A stretch of DNA of 52,181 nucleotides, counting the filler, from Sphacelaria rigidula (Eukaryota), in NCBI GenBank assembly GCA_964200075.2. It is 3 parts of 3 records of this genome, joined end to end, with 100 filler letters (N's around TTAATTAATTAA, not from the genome) between each part and the next. Parts side by side here need not be neighbours in the genome. Positions count along the whole stretch, not along the records: positions 34,860 to 52,181 come from CAXNAA020001110.1; 2 more parts are not named here. One strand, given 5' to 3'. The notes under the pieces are model-generated. The model made no database searches and was not told the DNA's origin. It saw only the letters and a list, made by a program, of their open reading frames with translations. The position numbers were made by a program, and so were the translations under genes. Below, piece after piece: positions 36,995 through 48,900 of the stretch (position 1 is its first letter; each line of letters begins with the position of its first letter).

Positions 36995-39900
36995 ATGTCT
37001 ACGAGAGGAAGGCATGAGGTGTCTTCGGCATGCGCGATCGAGGCCGATGACGATGTTGGCGATGCCCAAGATATTGGTGGCCATGGAGGAGATCTTGATG
37101 CTGCCATAGCGGCAAGCCGACAAAGAGCGGAAACAAAGAGTACTCAGGTGGGTGGGTGCCCATTATCGACCTCACCGCATGAGTAGTAGTGTCGACCACT
37201 ATACTAGTAGGCGAACCGCCTCCACGACCGTGTCTCATGCGGTTGTCGATGGTTCATCTTCTGCCGTACGTGCGGCAGACGCAAATTCTGAGCCTGTAGC
37301 GAAGGAAATTTTCAACACTAATTCTCCGTACACTCGATAATCTGTGACAGTAAAGAGGGTGCAGCGTATCGTGCAGTTCCCCGTCCTTTATCACACATGA
37401 AGTCAGACGTCATGCACGATGTACGAACCGCCCGATTTAGGCAGGCTCTCTGTTCAAGCCTTGTTGACCTGTTATAACCTACAGCGATGACATGCCAATA
37501 GTGTGTAAGAGCCTCGCCGTACGGATACGCATACATGCAGGTATATTCTTGTTATCCTCTTCTCCCGGGCCAAAGTGTTGGTGCCGTTTTCTTGACATGA
37601 CTACAGGAGCTCCAACTGGAGCTGGAGGCCGCTAGGCTGCGGCTAGTGCGGAGGAGCCAGATTATCGACGCGCTCAGGAAGGCGTACATGCGCGATGTGA
37701 TTATAATCAAGAACGAGCTTGCCCGCAAAGCAGACATCTCCGAAGAGGTGGACTAAACAGGCCGAATAGTGTAGTTTGAGGAGATCTATAAACCACCGCA
37801 GTCGTCCCGTGAGGTACCGCAATTTACCAGCTGGACTGTAGGACCGATCGCCCCTGTGGTTCGGTTGGTTCCCTCGGAAACCTCCTGTCAGTTAGTTCGT
37901 GAGTTCGATTCTCGGTGAAGTCACTCAAGCTGGGTTTTTTCTCACAGTGCTCCTGGCAGTGAAAGTCACTATTTCATTACAAAACAACGTCGATGTAAGT
38001 ATCGACAAGGGGGGATTATGATCAAGCCCCTCTCGCGGTAAAAATAAAGGCAAGCGCAGCAGAAGGAAGGTGGAGGGGGAAAACTACTGTGTAACATTCC
38101 TCCTGTGTGACCCGGGCTGGTGTGCCCACACACACCGGAAGATGTAGGCGTCCAGAATATATGGGACGAAAACACACAAACACACTGCGATACTGTTTGG
38201 TAGCAAGTTTTCACCTGTTGCCTTTCTGTGTGACCCACCATGATAGGAACATAATATCGAGCGCAGTACCGCAGCATGTAAATCACGTTGTACCGTATCA
38301 CAGTGTAAGCAATTTCAAGAGTACACGATATAATTGTGTACAGTACTGCACAATACAGCACTATACTGTACGCTACACACACGCTACGCCACGCAGGGCT
38401 GATGACACAGGTGATTGACAAACGTGCTAAGTGGACAAACCTCTCTTCGAATCGCGGGGACACTGAATTTTCCTGGCAAGTCTGGTACAGTATCTTCAGA
38501 CGGTAACCGAATGATGCCTGTCTTCCTTGAAACGTCGAAATACGAGCATGAAGGCAGTTTTAGTTTCCGACCATTCTGACGATTTGTTTGTCGTTAGCTA
38601 TATCCGCTGTTGGCCTTACATCCCTCCGGAATTCCTGCCATCTTGCCATGCACAGGAGTACATTGCTAGTGGTGGGCCCGGTACTGACATCACCGATGCT
38701 ATACCCAGCCTGGACATGCGACCCGTGCTGGCGTTATTTTCACCGGAAGATGCATTCCTGAGGTTTGAGTCGTGCGCCGGGTGCGGGGGCCACTTGGAGA
38801 TCGTCACCAAGGAGACGAAACGCGTGGCCAGACTCACAAAGAGGATAAGGTGGCATAAAACAGTCAGCTCTGGTAGTTTTTGTTCGACATACATGTGCAC
38901 AATGCTTGGATACACGAAGAGACGCATACTCATTCAGATAGTAGTAGAGAAGCTAACATACTGGGATATGGATGATCAGGGTAAACTGTTTATGCTGTCC
39001 GCTATCCTCTGCGTGTTCGCCCTGAGTAATTGCCAACCGCTACAAGGAGGACTGGTTCCGTCGTCACGATGTACACATTCTCGTCGGATTCGCTCACACT
39101 CCGTACCCCCATCGTCGACAACTCCCTTCGTGTATGACACGCACGTTTTTATGCTGTGTACTGGTCCGGATGAACTTGCCGCGGGAATAGTGGACTCGTG
39201 GCGCAGGCAGAAGAGAGCAAAAAAGTCACTGCTCAGCTGAGGGCAGAACTTACGCTCACGCGCCAGAAGGTCAACGAACTGGATGAAAGAATCGTTGTCA
39301 ACAGAGATACGCTTGTGGCACAACTTGAAAGGTGAGAGACAAGGTCAATGATCTTGAACCCAAAGGTGATACGCGCTTGAAATGGGGGAGTTCAACAGTA
39401 TGGCATACCACTACAGTTCGTTCCTACAATGGGGGGGCTGAAATGTTTTACGGAAAATGGGCCTTCATGGAATTGTTCGTTGATCGATCTGGCCGATGCC
39501 AAAAGGAAAAACCCCAAGATGGCATCTTATACGGCAAGTTCGTCCCATCTGATACCACCTGACGTAGTTCGTCTTGGCAGGCGGCGTGTAGCACAATAGT
39601 TGCTAGTCCAGTGGGGGTGTTTTGCAGGCAAAACCTAGTTTTACTTAACAACTGGACATGCTTATCACCGGTCCTGAGTCCAACTCGTTCAGGATGTAGA
39701 CCAGCCCACAGGTGAAACACCGACGTCAAACACGCAACCCCTGCTCCATCCAGACGATTTCTCGCAACGACTGATGGCCGCAGTCGATCGCTGCTGCAAA
39801 TCACGACAACTCACCCCTAACCCGTCTATCTACTATCATATTTCAACAACAGGTTGTAGAGTTGTGCTGCACAAACAGCAGCGGCGGCACTACCACTGCA

Positions 39901-42900
39901 TGTTCACATACTTCGTCGTGCAGTGCATTCATGCGGAGTAGTCAGCATAGCACAGCATATCACGGAAAATCGCAATGTAGTACGGTGCAGTACAGTACAG
40001 TACAGTGCCGTGCAGATAGCACATATGCACAGGAGTTCCGTATTCGCTTTTGTAGTACAGTACAGTACAGAACAGTACAGTGCCGTGCAGATAGCACATA
40101 TGCAAAGGAATTCCGTATTCGCTTTTGTAGTACAGTACAGCACAGCACAGCACAGCACAGCACAGCACAGCACAGCACAGCACAGCACAGCACAGCACAG
40201 CACAGCACAGCACAGCACAGTACAGTACAGTACAGTACAGTACAGTACAATGCGGTACAGTGCCTTCTAGATGATGCATATGCGAAGGAATTCCGCATTC
40301 GCTTGTTGCTACGATTTTCGGCGAGGAGACATTTGTAAAGAATCTGGTGCCCTGGTGGAGTACTGAGGGGAACACGGTCGAAGACCTGAAGCATGACTGA
40401 TCGTCGCACATTCGCTGATCCACGACGAGTCCGGCCGTGGTCACGAGATGGAGGTACCTTAATTAAATGAAACGAGGCGCTTGCTGAAGGCGCCACCAGA
40501 AGAGGGGAAGAGTAATGAAACAAAGAAGGAGAAAACAAACAGGGCTAAGTAAGAACGTGCGTATCCATATATGTGTGCGCATTTACATAGCGTTGTTCCG
40601 CGCGTTGACAGATCACTGTTTGGACACACCTGTACGCATTGTACTGTATTGTGCTACGGTTGCGCACTGGTGAGGCAATGTAATAGACGATACTTTCTAT
40701 GATAGCCCCCCCCCCAAAAAAAAAAGTGGCTAGTTTGAGGAGACAAAATCTACACGTAAATTGAAATGCAAAAGGCCGAGCACAACGAGTAGCTGGGAAT
40801 TCCCACGCTTGGATGCGTTTTTGCCAATGCCGCCCATATGAGACGCTTCATGCAGCGTGAAACCAAACATCAGACGCTGTAAACAATTTTCTTCGCGACG
40901 GTTCTGGGCTGGTTTTTGGGAGGGGCTATCGTAGAAAGCGTCGGCCGGGTCACAAAATCCCGATATTTTTCAAAACAATACGTGAAACCAAGAGTATGCG
41001 GCAGACTGCGAATAGGGGAAAAGGCGCCTGTTCGAAACAATATGGCTATTCTAGCGTTGGTCCCGAAGACGAACGATCTCCGATTCACTTCTTGTGAACA
41101 ATTTCGTGGGTGAACGAGACGTTGATCGATGTTCTTGCTGTGTCTGTATTATTTGAACCAGAACAAGGCATCAGTGCGACGACACAATATCCACGTTACG
41201 AGAGGATACTCGTCGGGCAGAGCGAGCATGGCAATTGAGAATATCCCAAAAGGTGGGTGATCCCTCCCAAAAATTAGGTAAAGCAGACTTATATGTATGA
41301 ATTCGAAAGCCGAGTATGTCATCCTTGAAGTTCTCGTATCTTGCCAATTCGAGGACGAGGTAAGTCATCGAGTGCGATTTACACGTCGCAAAAAGATAGC
41401 ACTAAGTGCTGCCCAGTAGATTCTTTTGATGTTGCAGCAGATTCTTCGTACCTGAGATCGTGCATACGCTACACAGTTGCTTGCTGGTCAACCACGGTAG
41501 GAACGCCGTCTTGTGCAGAAAGTAGTTTGAACGTGGTACGTAACGCCCACAAGTTCTATCGCACACAACAGGGGTACGGAAAATATGTCAGCTGCCGCGA
41601 GTGCATGTCGAAGTACTTCGCAAACGGATATCCGAATCTCGTTTGCCTCTCAACATTCAAGGACGTCGAGCTGGCGGCTATCCCTGTCCTGAAAGCACGG
41701 GTGAATGCTCAGGATCAGGAGCTTAAAGAGGAGGTGTCGGGACGGGAGCAAGATAATCACCTTAGAGATGGCGAGATTGCTACTTTGAAAGCCAAGGTAT
41801 CATCCTGTGTCCGCTGGGCATCAACACAGAAACGCTCCTTCCCCCGATCTGGGCACCATACAATCACGCCGTAACCTCGTCAATCTATCTCACGTTTCCT
41901 AGACGCACGTAAGCTTGCCTACGCATCACTGTGCACATACTAAAGAATGAATTGCATTCTAGCCTCTGTATCCCCTCGACGTGTGACAAAATATATGGAG
42001 CACTGTAGACTCTCCGTGGCTCTTGGAGACACGAAGTGAATGGCATGGCGAGCAACTGTTGGTATTGACAGGGGAGCAATGCTACGGTAGGAATGCACTT
42101 TTTGCACGAGATCTTGTCTGGTTCAGGGCCTCCTAAAGATCCTAGATGCACAAGAATATGGGTCAGGTCACCGCGGTTTACAAATTTAATCGGAACATCC
42201 CTAGCACAGTGGAATAGTAATCCTGGCGTACTCTTACATATTTCATAAGTCGTCTTCGGCATGAGATAAACTGCTTTTAACAACTGTAACCCCAGAAACT
42301 ATATTTGTGCACCACTACCGTAGCATCCTTCAGGGCTCTGTCATGCACATGCGAATATACCTTGTTGTTGTTTGTTCCGACAGGTGGAAGACTTGGAAAA
42401 CAGTGGCCAGGAAACCAACAAGCTTCTCCTTCGAGAACGCAGCACGTGCGAAGAGATCCGGCGACGCCTGAAAGGCGAAAAGGTGCACACTGACGTTGAG
42501 CACTAGTTTCTCGTGGAGGGCAGATTCGCTTGGATCTTCCGATATTCTCGTGACGCCAATGCGTATTTCAGTACATAGATATGTGCAGTGATGATGCCAT
42601 GATTCATCGGAGTGTTCCGGGAGGCATTCATGCATTTCACTGTGTTGAACACTCCGTATCTAGATAGTAAACACTTTGGAACTACGATCGAACCAAGGAC
42701 ATCATCGAGGTCCCGCAGAAAATATCCTGGACGAACGACGCTTTACTTCCGGGCTTTCGACCCCCTGTAGAAATGTCCTAGGTCGGGTGCGTCAGTGCGT
42801 TCAAAACGTTATCATCGTGCGCTAAGAAGGTGGGTCTATGTTTGATACAGGATGATCATGCAGCGACCAACGGCCTTCTGGAGGAAGAGCGAGCTCGATA

Positions 42901-45900
42901 TGAGAGGTGCCGAGCCAGTCTTGAGATTGCACAGGAGCACCTGGCCGATCTAAACGACCGATATAACGAGCTTCGCAGCGAAGTCGAGGTTTGACGAAAT
43001 CCTAATAGTGGCACGCCTATATTCAACATGACAACATTGTCACTTGTGCCCGCAGTACGTGCTGTGTGCGAAACTCGCACCACTTAGATGATGAATGGTA
43101 GGGAATGCCCCGAGTTATGAAATGCTGTCAGAGTAGTGTTTACGAGAGCAACTGCGGTGAAGGCTCAACACACTTGCAGGTCTGGGAATTCCGCAATGCC
43201 TTACGGAAACAAATGGTACCATGGCATATTCATACCAACGGATGAGGGCACACGAGACCACGAGACCAACACATTGATCTTGCCGGGTGCACTCATAGGC
43301 TAACGCCGAAAATGCGGAGGAGCAGGCCGGGGAGGCAAGCGATGCGCTCGCTTCGGCCAAGCAAGAGGCCAAGAGGCTCCGGGCCGTGCTAGGACAAAAC
43401 GACCTTGCCGTCGCTTTAGAGCAGTCCAACCTCAAGGTACGCAAAGCGACGTGTTCGTCAGATCAAATCGCCAGATTACAGTAACTCTTAATTTACAAGT
43501 AAGTAGCCGAAATGAAGGAACAGAGTAAAGCTCTCCCGCGATATCGCAGTATCAGGCACTTATGACTACTTTCGGGCCAAACCAGATGCACTCATCTATG
43601 CAACGCATGATTCCTAAACACTCGCGTGCAGGTCTCGGATCATGTTCTGTCAATCATGATCTAACTGACTTATGTTCCATATTTGTTGAATTCAAGGCAG
43701 TTTCATGTCTAGCACAGCTGAAGAGTTGCTGGGTTTTGCACGTTAAGCTTAACCTCTTTTTCGTGGCAAGAGATGATGTTATAGTTCGTGTCTCACTTCG
43801 TTTTTCGCGTGCTGCTTCCGGAATTGTGCACTTCAACAATACACGCTGTGAGGTGGCGAGTTATTAAAATTTATCCACACAACCACGTCACGCAATTCCA
43901 ATTTGACATCACACGTTGCAGTTTTCGCCTCACCATACAGCGATTAACCGTGTCAACTATGAGATTGTTTTCACAACGGCTTCACGCCGGGTATCTCTGG
44001 CCGCGGGTATGGGGAATCACCGGCATGATTGCCTGTTGCATGGATGCAAGATACAAATTTCACAATGCGTCGCACTTGACGCTAAGTGTCCGCCACCCGT
44101 TCGGCCTCCGCCCCCCCAGCTCAGTTTACATCGAGGCCACTACATGCGGAAACGTCAGAGGTCAAAAATCGTCCGGCTATCACGCCAATGATTATTCTAC
44201 GGGAAGACGCCTTACTTGTCAACTGTATGGGATGACGTTAACGAGGTCGCAGCCGCGCAGATGCCCCGTTGACTGATGACGGCATATCCTGTCGGACGCC
44301 CGCCCTTCGGTCCCTCCGCGTTCGGTTGTGGACTATCGCTTCATAGGTGTCTTCGCTTTCGGAAGAACTGCATGCTGCAAGGTAAGTTATTGATATTTTC
44401 GTTGCGTGTGCGTTTGACAGAGAGAGGCCGACGGTGGGTAGAGGAAGGTCCTGTGTGTTGCTCGCTTCTGTTTCGGTAGTGAGAGCAGCGCTGGTGGTTG
44501 CTAATCACACGTTCCCTACCGAAAGACACCGGCTCCCCTCTCAATGATAAGCAGCGTACATGCATATGTCTCAACTGCTCATTGGTTGATCTGCGCAATG
44601 ATGGCAAAACCACGCGCACAAAACTGTCATTTCAAATTACTCGTATGTACCTTGGGAAAATATTGTACCGATATCCTGTCGCCGCCCCGATCTACCAAGC
44701 CATAGGGGTATGGGATATTGGTTTTGCCATCGGCGCAAGACATTTCCCACCGACAAACAGCCTGTGTCTCCATGTTCAGCGTAAATGTCCTCCCAGGTGG
44801 AGATTCAGCCGAATAGCTGTGCGTATCGCCGTATCATCGTTTCGAAATACCTCGGATGTGTTCTCTCGTGTGCGGTTCTGGCAGATCGGAGTCCCGAGAG
44901 GCCGCCGATGCCTTGAGAGAGTGCCAGACTCTGAACGAAACCCTGAAGGCGGAGGTACGAAAGGGAAGCACTACATCCTTGCTGCGGCCGTCTTCCTTTT
45001 GCCCTGCCCTTTCTCATTCCGACCGTCGTGCGACCCATGCGGTCGTCAGGTTACGCACGATATATTGCACCGTAGTATGTTACCGTGAGCCATCAGTAAT
45101 GCTGAAACGACATTTCCATGGTTGGCAGAGTACAGTTTCGGTTGCTACTGCTGATGATCCGAAGCACCACCGAAGGATAAGCTACGGCAGCATTCTCAAC
45201 ATTTTGGGACTCGCTGTGCTTGTCGAGACAGTGTAATAGCTTCCCTCTGGGGCGAACGAATCTTCCACGTCGATCTCCCATCACCGATCATTGACCGAAC
45301 TATGCCGTCAATGACTTCCTCCCTGTCGTTGAGCTGCTGTATCCTACTGTGCCTTCTCCCCTCCTCTCCCCGTTTGGTCTTCGCGGAGGCAGCTGGATCG
45401 TCAAAAGCTGTACCCATCGAAAAGCGCGGGTGGGTCAAGCATGAGCAGCGCAGGAGGGCTTAGCTGGCATGAGTCGATTGCCAGCGGGCTCGGCGAGTAT
45501 GTGGATGAAGACCCAGAGGAGCGGCGGGATAGAATGTCGTCCGCAATGCTGCCTGGGAGCAGACGCTTCGAGAAGGGGAAGTGGGTGAGTGGGGATAAGT
45601 GTATTGTGTAGCTGGTCGCCAAGTTTGAACTGCAGCTCGATTGATCGACTTGATTTATTGATCGTCCATACATCCGCCGATCCGCGGCGCAAACCTTTCG
45701 AGAGACACAAATAGCAACTGACCTTGCTTTTGCATGGGTCGGCTTCAAACGGTAGACGGACATTACCTGTGTGTCGTGTGCGGTTGGAGCATGAGACATT
45801 CTCGGGTATGAAGTAGCAGTACAAGCCATGCACGAGAGGTGGTAGTTCACCCCTCACCTTGTGTGCCCAATGCTCGGTGAGCGTGCGACGTAGATGATGA

Positions 45901-48900
45901 CGGACCGCCTTCGTTGTGGACAGGTAACTAGGTTTATGAAGGGTCCGTCCCGCGAGATTTTTCTTCCAGCATGCTCCCTGCATTCAAACATAGATGAGGC
46001 CAAGATAGGATCTTCGAAGCCGCGTGACTCGCCTAGCGTCTCGCTCCACTCAGGACACCATTTGCGACTAGTGAAGACCTGAGTTTATCGCCTGCGGTCA
46101 CACTCGCAGTTGACGCGTGAGCACCGACCGGGGTCGACAGGCGTTTCTCTGCTCCCTCTTTTCCAACTGTTTTGAATCCATCACCCACGATATCCCTGTG
46201 TTCGCTCCCCGCCGGTTCAGGCGGTGGAAAAGTGGATAGGTCTCGTGAGGTCCCGCAAGGAAGTGGAGAAGCACAACTCGGAAGTGGCTCACCTGAAACA
46301 CCTCCTCAAGTTGAAGCAGGCAAGTAACCATGGCTGCTGCACTAGCAATGGGCATTGCGTATGAAACTCGACGACATTGGTGTTGTTCCATTTATCGCCA
46401 TATCCTCGTGAGCTACAAACTCCCGCGGGTCAACGTTTGGAGAGATTTGAGGCAAGGGAGGAGTCCCTTCGTCTCACGAGACGAAGCGTTATCAGCCAAT
46501 CATGAACGTTACCAGTATTCACCACCACGTCGCTCACCAGTTAGTTGTACCGGTACTCATTTATTTCGCAGGGTGATACAGACACGGATCAGCAAGCTTT
46601 TGAGCGGGAGATAGATCCGAATCGAGGAACCTTGGAAGACAACGAGGTGAATGCACATTACATCCACAATCTAGAAACGATACACGCGTCGTGGGATAGT
46701 GGGGAGCAGAAAAAATAGGTGGCGAGTCCGCGCTACTACTGCACCCGACTGAGATACGCGTGAAGTTTGCTCTATGTCGGTGAAATCACGATGTTCATCC
46801 ATCACGGAAGAACACCCTGTCGGTGATGCGCGACGAAGAATACGGAACAGTGGTGGCACTGCCACGTCGTTTCCCATAAAGCTCCTGGAAAAGCGTGTGT
46901 GATGTACTCATGCCAGTTTGTCCTACGTGTTCTTTCCTTCCCTGTTCGACTTTCCCCGTCCTCGAGTTTCTTTAAGACAATGTTGCCGTTTCTTTGCCTT
47001 GGGTGGGCCCATCAGTCATGTGACTACGAGTAGAGCAGAAGCGAGTCAGTTGGTGTGCGACAACCAATCAGATCAATCGAATAGAACACAGACGCAGATG
47101 ACACATCCATGGTACTTTTATTCTAGCAACTCATTCTGTGTCCAATAGATCGCAACCCTGAAAGATATGGCGACGCCCCCGAGTTCCGGCGTGGAGGAAC
47201 TGCGGCCAGATGCGTGCGCAGGTCGCCAACAGAAAGCGAAATGTCTCAGGAATGAAGGTGTCGGCATATGTTGGCATCCACAACACTACTCAGCACCCAA
47301 TAGCTCGCGTGATGTTCTGTACCCGTGATGCAGTACGAATGACGCCGCGACAACACGCCGTAGATGCGGCGACGGAGAAACATTGTTGGTTGCACTTTGT
47401 GGGCACCCACCGCTTCGGTGCGGGAGGCGTCTCACCTTGACTCTCGAATCACCGGCCTATCGCTGCGTACTACTCCATGCAGGGTATCAACTCCGTGTGT
47501 TGTCTCCGCGGAAAAAGTGAAGTGCTGCTGGGCATCAAAGGGTACCACTCCCTAGTTTCAGTCATCTTCCTTGCTGCCATCGACCACTACGTATTGTCTG
47601 GAAGTGTGTAGCGTTTGCGAGATACATAATTCGACACCCCATGATGGGCAAGAAGCGGAGGTAACCCGTACTCCCCAACCACCGCGCTGCCCTCCGGCGC
47701 ACTGAACAGGAACACGACTTTGAGGCTCGGCTGGCGGAGGCGCAAGTGGTCCACGAGCAGGCTTTGGAGGTGCGATGGTGGCATATATAGGGTCATTCCT
47801 GCTGGTAGCGGAAATGTCGAGCTTTTTCATCGACGCTCGATTCTAGGAGAGCATTGCAATTTCCGCTCACATCTGCATCTTTACGAATATCGCTCGAATA
47901 CCGAGAGCGCGTTTGCAGTAAGATTGTTTCAGGAGTGCGCATGTTTCGTGGGAGATTCAACAAACTCCACGCAAATTACCGCAGATTGCCTATCCTTGCG
48001 TGCGTTTTTTGTGGGGGCAATTTTCAGCTCACGAACTTTCGGAACTTTCACGTCCGCCAGGAGCGATCCATGAAACGAAACTTTGTGCTGCGAAAGCAGC
48101 GAACGGTTCTCGTGAATGAAAGGTTGATATCGAACGGCTAAGGCACTGATGTGAATCTGCGCTTGATACTTGGGGGTGAAAATATTGAAACTGTGTACGG
48201 CTTGCGCCAAGAAGTCATCAGTAGATGTGCCGGGGCTGCTTCCATCGGCGTATGATAATGTTTACGTACGAGACGGGGTCAGGATATCTTTTGTGTATGG
48301 TTTGCAACCGCAAATGTTCCTGAAATTGTCGCAGACGACGGGCGAACGTTGTTCCAACCGCTCAGGTTCATCTGCCAGCAGATACGAGTTCCATGTATGC
48401 CCCTTGTGAGGCATCTGGAGTGCGCCGAACAATGACCACGGCTATATTTACCTCGCGAGATTTACCACATGCTTTTATGGTCACCAGAAGAAACGCACAA
48501 TTTGACTACGATGAGAATCACTGTCCACCGGGAAGAAGAACTCGTTCCGCGGTAAAGATTATTTGCACACACACCACGCCCTTGTGGCACGTGCGTGGGC
48601 GCGTCATGCTCCAGCAAACGTCGCGTCTCCTCTTCTCTTTGTTACCTGCCTACGTCTCGCTTATACAAGTGAATATATGCTCATCTAAGCCATCGCTGAG
48701 ACATTGGAATATGACCGTTATCATGGAACGAACAAATAAAGTCGTTCAGAACCACGTCACCAAATCTGACCCGAGCCCGTGCCTGACCATCATGCAGGCG
48801 TTGCAGCTGGAGCTGGAGAAATGCAAGGAGGATCTGGCCGCACTAGGAGCCGAGGCAGACGAGATGCGGAGCAAACTCAAGCAAGTGGAAAAGCTGGAGA

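Noticed and set aside
39862..40538. ORFs with STAQH / CCAVL repeats
   Set aside because: These are translations of the CAGCA/CAGTA microsatellite.
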